Below the pieces are notes generated by a model. The model saw only the letters and a list, made by a program, of their open reading frames with translations, was not told the origin of the DNA and ran no database searches. Shown in pieces: positions 1-9,334 of a stretch of DNA of 64,000 nucleotides. The DNA is from Thermoplasmatales archaeon (GTDB lineage Archaea; Thermoplasmatota; Thermoplasmata; Thermoplasmatales; GCA-001856825): contig JAVYRX010000001.1 of NCBI GenBank assembly GCA_038729485.1, forward strand, positions 44,890-108,889, read 5' to 3'. How positions within the stretch are numbered: position 1 is the first letter of the stretch; every line of letters begins with the position of its first letter. The position numbers were made by a program, and so were the translations under genes.

Positions 1-475
1 TCGCCGCCACCGCAAGCTCAATGATTACAAAAAGATACATGTACGGAACCTTGTACCACTTTGGCCTCAGGAGTTCCCTCCTGCTGAGTAAATATATGAG
101 GTAAATGCTGGCGGAGACTGCAATCGCATATGAGGGCAATTCAAGCCACGTGTGCGGCAGAGCCGCCAAGGATAAAAATATGAAAAATCCGTTTATGTGC
201 GAATAGAATGCTTCTGTCGCTACCGTGAGCGATGTAACCGCCGTAGACACAGAGAAGAGAAGCGGACCGACTATAGGAACAAATTCTATAGTTGCTATAA
301 GAAGATTGTGAGGAAATATGGCAAGTATCATGGAGAATATGTTGCCCGATACTATGCTAGATCGTTCTGTCGTGATACTCTGCTCTAGAATCTGGCTATG
401 AAAATTTATAGACGACAGCACGGCGAACAGAGCCATCTCGACTATAAACGTGACTAGGAACAATCGTCTAAGCAT
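1..475 (-). CDS. SpoIIM-like (DUF95-type) integral membrane protein, partial (C-terminus runs off window start)
   Basis: Absent from the ORF track because it is open to position 1. My translation from ATG (complement of 473-475) is MLRRLFLVTFIVEMALFAVLSSINF...FIFLSLAALPHTWLELPSYAIAVSASIYLIYLL.... It has several hydrophobic helices and an LPHxxxELP motif as in SpoIIM/DUF95 proteins. Confidence 0.5.
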   Translation of the reverse strand, partial: MLRRLFLVTFIVEMALFAVLSSINFHSQILEQSITTERSSIVSGNIFSMILAIFPHNLLIATIEFVPIVGPLLFSVSTAVTSLTVATEAFYSHINGFFIFLSLAALPHTWLELPSYAIAVSASIYLIYLLSRRELLRPKWYKVPYMYLFVIIELAVAA

Positions 476-482
476 GAGGATT

Positions 483-522
483 CCCTTGTGAAAGAAGAAT
501 GTATTCTTTTCATTCACAAGGG
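483..522. promoter_or_regulatory. 40-nt interrupted palindrome/hairpin in a divergent intergenic region
   Basis: Perfect 10-bp outer arms CCCTTGTGAA (483-492) / TTCACAAGGG (513-522) and inner 6-bp arms AAGAAT (495-500) / ATTCTT (503-508). It sits 8 nt upstream of the minus-strand ATG at 475. Confidence 0.4.
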
Positions 523-761
523 AAAATGGATATGAGGGCCCATTCGACATTTACATCAGCACCTTTATTGAGGCTTTATTTATAATGCGGTCAAATACTT
601 TCGCATAACCAGCGTTCAATGTCAATACGTCCATCAGTTTTCCCCATTCCTCCTCAGATCCTTGCATGTTGAAATTCAGATGCTTCTTTGGCTAGAACAA
701 AGCATACCTCACAGAGGTATGTCGTAAAAGTCCTTATCTTTCCCGTAAATAGAGAGACGTT

Positions 762-2138
762 ATGAAAAATTCCACGATCCTTCTTACCACTTCACTTGCA
801 GCTTTTCTCACGCCTTTTATATCAAGTTCGCTCTCATTTCTTGTACCGAAGGTAGGGGAGGATCTTAACCTGTCATTCTACCAGGCTGCAATGCTCCCTC
901 TAATAATCCTCATACCGCTAGCGTCATTTATGCTCCTTTTCGGCAGGCTTTCAGATCAGGTAGGAAGGGTTGCCTTATTCAGGATTGGCCTCGTAATATT
1001 TACTGTCGGTTCAACGTTTTCCTTTTTTTCAAAGAGCTATGACGCTCTAATATCGTCCCTTTTGGTCATCGGCATAGGAGCTTCAATAATAAGTGCGAAT
1101 TCCACTGCAATTGTGAGCTCAACTTTCTTCGAAAATAGGGGCTTTGCACTTGGCATCAATGCGATGTCGGTGTATCTCGGATTGACCATTGCTCCATTTG
1201 CAAGCGGTGTTATAGCAGAATTTTTTAGCTGGCAGTTCCTTTTTCTCGTTGTCATTCCCCTTTCTATAATTAGCCTTTCAATCTCTTTCCTGGCGCTCCG
1301 TACCGAAATAACTGATAAGAGGAAAATAGGAATTAAAGGATCTGTGATCTTTGCCCTTTTTCTAGCTTCCCTCTCTGTATATCTCTCTTTTGGTTATGTC
1401 TATGGCTTCGAGAGCCTTTCCCCGATTCTTTATTCCTCAATTGTCTTCTTTGCTGTTTTCGTTATTGAGGAGCTCTATTCTTCCAACCCGTTAATATCTG
1501 CAAGAATGATGAAGATGAGGAGGAGCTTCATAGCTTCTAACATAGCTGCACTTCTTAATTACCTCGGAACTTTTTCGGTCGTATTCGTATTTTCAATTTA
1601 TCTGCAGGTAACCCTTAGAATTTCCCCTTTCCTTTCAGGCTTATATATACTCCCAGAGCCGGCCATAATGGTTCTTGTTTCCCCTTTGGCCGGCCGTCTT
1701 TCTGATAGGGTGGGCTCAAGGAGGATTGCATCCCTCGGGATGCTTGTAATAGGCATGTCTTTCCTCTCATTTTTCCTGCTGAGAACTCCAAACGTCAGGG
1801 AAATTTTACTAATCCTGGGAATTCTGGGATTGGGATTTGGTCTGTTTTCCGCGCCCAATACGAATTCTGTAATGGGCTCAATAAAAATTGAATTTTCAGG
1901 ATTCGGATCTGGCTTTCTGGGAACAATGAGGTTCATTGGGCAGCTTCTAAGCATCATCCTCGCGACGACTATGTTCTCCTTTGCAATACCTAGAAATATA
2001 ATGATAGGTATTTTCTCAGGCGTGTATGTTTCAATCGGACAATCATACTTTCAAAGCTTCCTAACAGGGTTTAGGGAAGTCATGTTCCTTTCTTTCCTGA
2101 TAAGTATCGCGGGCGCAATATCATCGGTTTTGAGGTAA
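762..2138 (+). CDS. MFS transporter
   Basis: 458 aa, about 12 hydrophobic helices. Has the MFS loop motif GRLSDQVGR and a second-half GRLSDRVGSRR repeat. Confidence 0.8.
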   Translation: MKNSTILLTTSLAAFLTPFISSSLSFLVPKVGEDLNLSFYQAAMLPLIILIPLASFMLLFGRLSDQVGRVALFRIGLVIFTVGSTFSFFSKSYDALISSLLVIGIGASIISANSTAIVSSTFFENRGFALGINAMSVYLGLTIAPFASGVIAEFFSWQFLFLVVIPLSIISLSISFLALRTEITDKRKIGIKGSVIFALFLASLSVYLSFGYVYGFESLSPILYSSIVFFAVFVIEELYSSNPLISARMMKMRRSFIASNIAALLNYLGTFSVVFVFSIYLQVTLRISPFLSGLYILPEPAIMVLVSPLAGRLSDRVGSRRIASLGMLVIGMSFLSFFLLRTPNVREILLILGILGLGFGLFSAPNTNSVMGSIKIEFSGFGSGFLGTMRFIGQLLSIILATTMFSFAIPRNIMIGIFSGVYVSIGQSYFQSFLTGFREVMFLSFLISIAGAISSVLR

Positions 2139-2179
2139 TTAACGGGAAATCATTTTATTCTATTTTAGGATAGAACATT

Positions 2180-3190
2180 ATGAAATACAAGAAACTTGGA
2201 TGGTCAGGTGTCCTTATAAGTGATCTCTGTTTAGGCACGATGACGTTTGGCTGGCAGGCCGACGAGACTACCAGCTTTGATATAATGAACAAATTCGAAG
2301 AAAACGATGGAAATTTTATAGACACGGCAAACGTTTATTCCGATGGAAAGTCCGAGGAAATAGTTGGAAAGTGGCTCAAGGGAAGAAATAGGGAAAATTT
2401 CGTGGTGGCGACAAAGGTTCGATTCAGAACCGGCAAAGGCCTGAATTCTGTTGGCCTGTCAAGAAAACACATCCTACATTCCGTAAGGGAAAGCCTCAAA
2501 AGACTCGAAACGGATTATATCGACATTCTTCAACTCCATGCCTGGGACCCCCTCACCCCTCTTGAAGAGACCTTAAGCACGATGAATTATCTTGTTCAAG
2601 AGGGCCTCATTAGATACGTCGGCATAAGCAACTTCAGGGGGTGGCAGCTTCAGAAGGCTGTGGACATTTGCACGGAAAGAGATTGGGAGAAACCCGTGAG
2701 CATACAACCCCAATATAACCTCATAGCTAGGGCAACAGAGTATGAAATACTGCCGGTGGCTTCTTTCAATGAGCTGGCTGTTTTGCCCTGGAGCCCCCTC
2801 GCGGGAGGAGTTCTAACTGGAAAATACGAAAGCGGCATCTCGTCGGCTCCAAAGGGAACTAGGATCGGAGATTCCAACAACAAGGAATACTACGCTAGGC
2901 TGGAGAATGACCGGACCAGGCTCATTTTAAAAACCTTAGGCATCATTTCAGAGGAAACGGGAAAGACGAAAAGTCAGATTGCTCTAAACTGGCTAATCAG
3001 CAATCCTGCAGTGACTTCACCCATAATCGGGGCAAGGAATATTGAGCAGCTATTGGAAAATCTCGGTGCAACAGAGTGGCACTTGACCATCGATCAGGTA
3101 GACCGTTTGAATAAAGCAAGCGCTATAGAGATAACGTACCCGTATGATCAGAGGGCCGAGGATCAGCAGAGAAGGGACAGAACACTCTGA
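2180..3190 (+). CDS. aldo/keto reductase family oxidoreductase
   Basis: 336 aa. Shows LGTMTFG, IDTANVYSDGKSEEIVGKWL, LQLHAWD and ISNF motifs typical of AKRs. Confidence 0.85.
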   Translation: MKYKKLGWSGVLISDLCLGTMTFGWQADETTSFDIMNKFEENDGNFIDTANVYSDGKSEEIVGKWLKGRNRENFVVATKVRFRTGKGLNSVGLSRKHILHSVRESLKRLETDYIDILQLHAWDPLTPLEETLSTMNYLVQEGLIRYVGISNFRGWQLQKAVDICTERDWEKPVSIQPQYNLIARATEYEILPVASFNELAVLPWSPLAGGVLTGKYESGISSAPKGTRIGDSNNKEYYARLENDRTRLILKTLGIISEETGKTKSQIALNWLISNPAVTSPIIGARNIEQLLENLGATEWHLTIDQVDRLNKASAIEITYPYDQRAEDQQRRDRTL

Positions 3191-3247
3191 TGCCCCTTCA
3201 GATTAACTGCAAAGATTTTAATTGGGGATTCTAATTAGGCGGAACAA

Positions 3248-6200
3248 TTGGTGGAGTTGATGGATTCGGAAAGCAGGAAGGAAAGCCTTGTTGACATAAT
3301 AAGGGGAACGAGCACGGAGACAAAGACAGGTCTATTATTGACCTTGATCTTCTTCTTTTCCGTCTTTCTTAGCACGTTCTTCGTGATTGGCCCTGCCGTT
3401 AGGGCTGACTATGCAGTCTCTGGTGGTTCCGATGCTTATTACAACATGAGAATTGTTCAATACATCCTTTCTACCCATCATCAACTGCTTTTCGATGCGG
3501 GACTCAATTATCCTGTAGGCCTTGAAAATCCAAGACCTCCTTTCTTCATGTGGCTTGCAGTCATGCTAGGCTACGCCTTCTCCCCGTTTCTAGGGGGAGT
3601 CTATAGTTCAACTATGACTATGTTCCTTGAAAGCACCGCAATAGGCGGAGCAATGATAATATTTCCCACATATTTTATTGGGAAGGAGATATTTGACAGG
3701 AAAGTCGGGATAGTTGCATCGCTCCTGGTTGCGATGTCTCCTCTCACGCTGATGAAAAGCATAGCAACGATTGGACTTTTCGATATTTTCACGGCACTGT
3801 TCGGCGTGATGTTCATATATTATTTCTTAAGATCCGTTAACACATTCAAATACGAAGGCCAGGTTTCGTCCATTAGGGACGTGCTGACGGCCATAGGAAA
3901 GAACCCACTTTCTGTCACTTATTCCCTACTTGCTGCGGTTTCTTTGGCCGCATCGATGCTCACCTGGGTCGGATCAATCTCGCTCGTGTTGATTCTAGTT
4001 GGCGCGGCAGTCATACAATTGATAATATTTTCTCTCAAGAGGAAGAGCGCACTGCCCGTATTTGTTGCAAACCTTTTCTTCGGATTTGGATTTATAGTCG
4101 CATTTCCTTGGTATTATGTTGCGCATTTTATACCCGTTAGATTCGAATACCCTCTGATATTGTGGCTTGCACTTCTCGTTGTTTCCGTATATTTCATACT
4201 GCTTGAAAAGAGGCCTTGGCTTGTTTCTGTTGGTGCATTCGTTTTAATCGGCATACTGGCAGTAGCTGCACTTTACAAAGTTGATAAAAATCTAATATAC
4301 TCAATACTGTCGGGCCAGCACTATTTCATCAAAAACAAAATTTATGATACCATTGCAGAGGCTCAGGCTCTTCCCTTAGGGGAGGATATGATGGAATATG
4401 GGGCCATACCTTTCTTCGCTTCATTTATTGGATTGGCCTATCTTGTCTACCGCTGGATAAAGACTGCTACGTTCAACATGACCCTTGCACTCTTTTATTT
4501 CGGAGGCATAATAATAATAAGCATGATAGCTTCCAAATTCCTTTATTTCGGCGCCGTCGCAGCATCTGTTTTGACGGGGTACATATTGGTAAAATCTTTT
4601 GATTTGCTTCAATTCAAGCAGACTATTGAAAAGGCAAAGGGAAGGACCGTCAGGACGGCCCTGAGGAAGGAGTTCAAGTTCGCTCATTACGTTGCCATAC
4701 TCATAGTTGTGTTCCTTCTGGTTGTGCCAACAACGTTCTATGCCGTAGATTCTGCCATTCCTTACAACAATAAAACGGTATACGACAGGCAGCTGTACAA
4801 CGATACCCCTTCTTTCCTTAAACCTGCCAATTACACGAACAACTCCCTCTATTACCTTGGTGCGTTCGGACCAGATCTTGCCACTCCGAACCAGGCACTC
4901 AATACGTTCGAATCCTGGTTCCAGAACCAAGATACCCAGCTGCCTTTTAATCAGAGACCAGCGTTTATGTCGTGGTGGGACTATGGTTTCCAGACAATAG
5001 AACAAGGTGCACATCCAGTCATGGCAGATAACTTCCAAGATGGCATATATCCAGCAGCACAGATTTTGCTGGCCCAGAACGAGAGCCAGATCCTTGGAGT
5101 CATGATTGCCAGGATGCTGTACAATTTTTCATTAACTACCAGCTTTAACTCCTCAGGCATTAATCTTATCCTGAATCAATATCTCGGCAGCACTGGAGCA
5201 AGTACTGTAATCAATTATGAAATTAATCCCAGCAGATACATTTCTCAGATATATTCGGACCCATCCTTCTTCGGCAACTATGAAAAGGTCCAGGGCGGAG
5301 ATGCAATGTACATCTTGGTGGAGCATTACCTAGCAAACAAATATCCCCTTGGGACTTTGGTAAATCTCTATCAGGCGATAGAGCAGAAAATGAATCAGTA
5401 CATGGCATACATAGGCATAGATTCAGGCCTATTCCCATTCAATGGGACGAATACTGGAATATTTTATGCACCATCCTATCTTGGAGACTTCCCGTGGGTA
5501 AACGCCTCTGGCGAGATAATACCTGTTGCATTCTACAACATCACGGCAACTGATACATCTGGAAATACGTATCCACTGCAGGATTTTCCGCCAGGTGATA
5601 CGGCTGTCAGCTACAACATAAATTACACCCCGGCCTTCTATAATACCACAATATATCGCGGGCTAATAGGTTATCCACCCACCGCTGTAGGAGCTACATC
5701 AGGAATCCCCGGAATAAGTTCCAACCTCTCATCATATCCGACTATGCCGGGCTGGGGAATGCCCAATTTTGAACTCGTATACGATACCGTTCTATGGAAC
5801 CCTTATACTGATTACCAAAACCACACAACAGCGTGGCGGACGGTCAGCCTAGAGCAGGGATATTACTACCTTAAGAACCACGACGGCACCGTCGATCTGT
5901 ACCCGCCCGCACAGATTCTGGAAAACGAGGTCGTTGCCCTTGAATATTATCCAGGGGCAATCATTCAAGGAAGAGTGACTAATTCCCTAGGTCAACCGAT
6001 AGAAGGAATAAGGGTAACTCTAGATGATCAATACGGAATTCCTCACATGACTGTCCTTACGAATTCTTCCGGTTATTATTCCGTGTACGCCGTTGCCGGT
6101 AACGATACTGTTGTCTTTTCCACGGGGAAATACAACTCTTTGAGCATGGCGGGTAACAAAACATTGAGTACATTTAACGTTACTATATCCGAGGCACAGG

Positions 6201-9200
6201 CAAATAGGGAGAGCTACACCCCGTACGGACAACCTACCTGGAACATAACTCACAATCTTGTCCTCCCGTCAGATAGGGTAAACGGGGTCCTTTTCCTCAA
6301 TTTAGTCAATAGCAATGTTTACATTCCAAATACTGACGTTTCCATTTCAGGAATAGTAAAATACTATAATTCGACCTACGGGGCCCAATACATAACGAAC
6401 ACAACACAGAACGGAAGTTATGGCATATACAACCTGAAACCTTACAATTACAACGTTTCAGCATTTGTATTGGGTCAGTGGTACTATAATGTTACGTCCG
6501 TTACCATTTCCAATAATGCGACTTCCCTTGACGTCCCTATCCAGTTCGGGATTGTAAACGCCACTTTGGCAGTGGGAGCAACGCTTTCGCCAGGAAGCAC
6601 CATAACGTTCAGCAGGGGAAAATACAACATCTCATACAACCTTACTCAACCTAACCAGAGAATAAATCTACCTGTCGGTATTTTCAATGTTTCAGCCCAG
6701 AGCGGGGGAATGTGGGATAACTTTACTGTCCAGTTAACGTACAACACAACGACCAAGCTTGGGCTTGATTTCTCAAAATACTATACTGCCAATTTCCTCA
6801 CTTACGTCGGAAATACGCCTGTGAGCGCTTCTTTACAATTGATGGACAGCAGCGGAAAATACTTAAGCATCTTTAGCACGAATGGCTCTGGAAAGGCGAG
6901 CGTGGCTATATCCGTATATTCGGTTTATGCCTCTGCTTACTACGACGGAACTCATTATGCAGCTACGGGCATACTTAACGTCTCTGGAAATGAGAATTAT
7001 TCTCTCAATCTTGAACCTTCATATCTCGTTACTGGCACTTTCAGCGTCAATGGTATACCTCAGGATGGCTCTCAGCTTACGATAACGGGGAACAATACGC
7101 TACTAAATTACTACACCAGTTCTAGCGGTTACTTCTCAGTCTATCTTCCATACGGGCAATATACAGCAGTCGCTCAAACGACCGTTAACTCCAGTCTATA
7201 CGTTTCGATGCTTCAATTCACTGTTTCCGGAAGAAGCCTCAATCTTCCACTTAACGGAATGCCCGGTGCCAAAATAACGGGAAATGCAACATACGAAGGA
7301 TCCGGGATCGCTGGTCTTCTCACTACCACGGTTAACGGCAGGCCATATTACTACACTATGGTTAACAACGGAAGTTATGCCATTTATGTTCCAAAGGGAC
7401 TGTCCCCTAGCGGTCAGTCCTTCGTGTCTCCTGGATATGCAGTTACCTCTTCCAGCCTTTCGTCAATTTCCCTCAGACAGCTTAATGTAACTGTCAACGT
7501 TTTTGCTAATTACTCCGGGAACTATCTTATGACGTTGGAAGCTGTTGGTTCAAAGAGCTATTCTGTTAACGGTACGCATCAGTTTAATCTATCGCTGGCA
7601 CCTGGGACATACGAGATCTCCCTGGCAAGACCAGGTGCTGTAGTTTCAATTTCTAAAACTGTTATAAATGTCGAGCCTGGAATTGGCATCCAGACGTTCT
7701 CCGTAAATGCCACTCTAATTGCAGAATTGCAGGTTTTTGCTCAAAATGCGTTTGTATTCAGAAACTCAACGTTGGTATCTAACACGCTAAATTCCACATT
7801 GGAACTGGGCAATTACACCATTTACTCTTATTCTGGAAATCAAGCCTTCGTCGGTACCATCGATCTCAGGAAGAATCAGACTTTTGAACCTTCCCTTTCA
7901 TTAGGGTTTAACGTAAGCCTCCAATCAAATGTAACGATATCCGGCAAATTCGGAAGCATCACCTGGTCAGGGAACATAGTTCTTCCGAAGGGCAACTACA
8001 CCTTTACCCTTGAGAGAAGGGTAAACGAGACTTATGTGTATTATGCCTCTAGTACCATGTTCATATCTTCGCAGCAGAACATTGTTCTGAATACATCTCT
8101 GCGCATGTTGTCCTCCAATCTCTACGTAAATTCAAACGGCGCCTACGGCATATTTACGGTCATGGGGCCGAGAAATGAGACTGGAATCCTCGGAACGCCA
8201 ATTACTGTTCCATACGGCCAATATTCAATCTACGTCAGATCTGGGAATGAGGCGTACTTCGGAGACTTAAACGTCTCTTCGCCGTCCACATACCTAAACG
8301 TAACGCTTAAGAAAGCCTACCCCCTCAATTACGGTACTTATCTCAACAATACTTCTTATTCTGGTTTGATAAGGATTGGAACGAACTATTACATAAATCC
8401 GAAGGGCATCATATACCTGCCCAATGGTTCGTACCAGTTTTACGCAACCACTCAGTACGTTTACTACGGCTTCTCCGACAGATTTGTTCTTAACCAAACA
8501 GTGAACGTTTCTGGAATCAGTTCAGCCACGCTCACGTTCAAAATAGTGAAGGTCATAAGCGTATCCTTCTTCCCAGAAGCTGGATCTCCAACGCTTAAGG
8601 CAAACCAATCGTATACGTTCCCAATGCTGATAACAAGCGCATCCAACATTCCGCTGAATTTCTCTGTTGAAGGGACTTCCACGTTTAAAGTGTCAGGAAG
8701 CATATTGAACCTCCTCCCTTATTCCACGGGGATGATCAATGTTACAATTACGGTACCTAAAGGGGAACCGTCTGGATTAAATGCAGTGAATTTGAGGGCT
8801 TACTACGGGACGACTTACAGGGAGATAACAGTTAACGTGACTGTTCCAAAGATATACAACATAACTGCAAAGATAATAAACACAACTGGAAAGGTTGTTG
8901 GAAACACTATAGAGATTCCCCTGGTAATAAGGAACAATGGTAACACGAACACTGTGGTTAACGGCACCATCATAAATGACGCACAGCTCAAGGCGCTCGG
9001 AATGAATGTGACTTTCAACGGTTCAAAGACCTACAGCGGAACCTTATACTCATTCACAAATAATACAACTTACATCACCATTAACTCCTCACAGGGAAGC
9101 AAGATCTACGGAAGGCAGATACTCATATCCCTCTCCTACCAGAACGGCACCTTCATTCTGTCCACGACAATTCACGCTCCGTCCGTTTCAATCATGAAAG

Positions 9201-9334
9201 GCAAGGGCGAGGGTAAAGGACTTTCTCCGTATTCTCAGTCTGAGCAGCAGTATTACATATACGGGCTAACTGCATTCATCCTGGTTGCAATGGTCATTGC
9301 TATGGTTGCGTTTAGAAGGAGGCAGAGAACTTGA
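3248..9334 (+). CDS. aglB: Giant AglB/STT3-type oligosaccharyltransferase fused to sequon-rich beta-sandwich repeat region with C-terminal membrane anchor
   Basis: 2,028 aa. The N-terminal polytopic domain has a GGSDAYYNMR loop motif, and the catalytic WWDYG is encoded at 4973-4987. From about 5968 there are carboxypeptidase-regulatory-like repeats (GRVTNSLGQPIEGIRVTLDD...SSGYYSVY). C-terminal TM helix plus RRRQRT. The track start at 3248 is TTG, and an ATG at 3260 is an alternative start. Confidence 0.8.
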   Translation: MVELMDSESRKESLVDIIRGTSTETKTGLLLTLIFFFSVFLSTFFVIGPAVRADYAVSGGSDAYYNMRIVQYILSTHHQLLFDAGLNYPVGLENPRPPFFMWLAVMLGYAFSPFLGGVYSSTMTMFLESTAIGGAMIIFPTYFIGKEIFDRKVGIVASLLVAMSPLTLMKSIATIGLFDIFTALFGVMFIYYFLRSVNTFKYEGQVSSIRDVLTAIGKNPLSVTYSLLAAVSLAASMLTWVGSISLVLILVGAAVIQLIIFSLKRKSALPVFVANLFFGFGFIVAFPWYYVAHFIPVRFEYPLILWLALLVVSVYFILLEKRPWLVSVGAFVLIGILAVAALYKVDKNLIYSILSGQHYFIKNKIYDTIAEAQALPLGEDMMEYGAIPFFASFIGLAYLVYRWIKTATFNMTLALFYFGGIIIISMIASKFLYFGAVAASVLTGYILVKSFDLLQFKQTIEKAKGRTVRTALRKEFKFAHYVAILIVVFLLVVPTTFYAVDSAIPYNNKTVYDRQLYNDTPSFLKPANYTNNSLYYLGAFGPDLATPNQALNTFESWFQNQDTQLPFNQRPAFMSWWDYGFQTIEQGAHPVMADNFQDGIYPAAQILLAQNESQILGVMIARMLYNFSLTTSFNSSGINLILNQYLGSTGASTVINYEINPSRYISQIYSDPSFFGNYEKVQGGDAMYILVEHYLANKYPLGTLVNLYQAIEQKMNQYMAYIGIDSGLFPFNGTNTGIFYAPSYLGDFPWVNASGEIIPVAFYNITATDTSGNTYPLQDFPPGDTAVSYNINYTPAFYNTTIYRGLIGYPPTAVGATSGIPGISSNLSSYPTMPGWGMPNFELVYDTVLWNPYTDYQNHTTAWRTVSLEQGYYYLKNHDGTVDLYPPAQILENEVVALEYYPGAIIQGRVTNSLGQPIEGIRVTLDDQYGIPHMTVLTNSSGYYSVYAVAGNDTVVFSTGKYNSLSMAGNKTLSTFNVTISEAQANRESYTPYGQPTWNITHNLVLPSDRVNGVLFLNLVNSNVYIPNTDVSISGIVKYYNSTYGAQYITNTTQNGSYGIYNLKPYNYNVSAFVLGQWYYNVTSVTISNNATSLDVPIQFGIVNATLAVGATLSPGSTITFSRGKYNISYNLTQPNQRINLPVGIFNVSAQSGGMWDNFTVQLTYNTTTKLGLDFSKYYTANFLTYVGNTPVSASLQLMDSSGKYLSIFSTNGSGKASVAISVYSVYASAYYDGTHYAATGILNVSGNENYSLNLEPSYLVTGTFSVNGIPQDGSQLTITGNNTLLNYYTSSSGYFSVYLPYGQYTAVAQTTVNSSLYVSMLQFTVSGRSLNLPLNGMPGAKITGNATYEGSGIAGLLTTTVNGRPYYYTMVNNGSYAIYVPKGLSPSGQSFVSPGYAVTSSSLSSISLRQLNVTVNVFANYSGNYLMTLEAVGSKSYSVNGTHQFNLSLAPGTYEISLARPGAVVSISKTVINVEPGIGIQTFSVNATLIAELQVFAQNAFVFRNSTLVSNTLNSTLELGNYTIYSYSGNQAFVGTIDLRKNQTFEPSLSLGFNVSLQSNVTISGKFGSITWSGNIVLPKGNYTFTLERRVNETYVYYASSTMFISSQQNIVLNTSLRMLSSNLYVNSNGAYGIFTVMGPRNETGILGTPITVPYGQYSIYVRSGNEAYFGDLNVSSPSTYLNVTLKKAYPLNYGTYLNNTSYSGLIRIGTNYYINPKGIIYLPNGSYQFYATTQYVYYGFSDRFVLNQTVNVSGISSATLTFKIVKVISVSFFPEAGSPTLKANQSYTFPMLITSASNIPLNFSVEGTSTFKVSGSILNLLPYSTGMINVTITVPKGEPSGLNAVNLRAYYGTTYREITVNVTVPKIYNITAKIINTTGKVVGNTIEIPLVIRNNGNTNTVVNGTIINDAQLKALGMNVTFNGSKTYSGTLYSFTNNTTYITINSSQGSKIYGRQILISLSYQNGTFILSTTIHAPSVSIMKGKGEGKGLSPYSQSEQQYYIYGLTAFILVAMVIAMVAFRRRQRT

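Noticed and set aside
197-388. 63-aa plus-strand ORF from the track (Arg/Cys/Tyr-rich)
   Set aside because: It lies antisense within a much better membrane-protein reading frame that is open from 475 to the window edge. Its composition looks like antisense noise.
551-667. 38-codon minus-strand ORF (MQGSEEEWGKLMDVLTLNAGYAKVFDRIINKASIKVLM) upstream of the 483-522 hairpin
   Set aside because: It is too short, with no motif and no clear ribosome-binding or promoter signal. It is kept only as context for the hairpin finding.
4421-5038. 205-aa minus-strand ORF (and several 60-80-aa ORFs on both strands between 3600 and 9020) inside aglB
   Set aside because: They are shadow ORFs within a long coding region and have no motifs.
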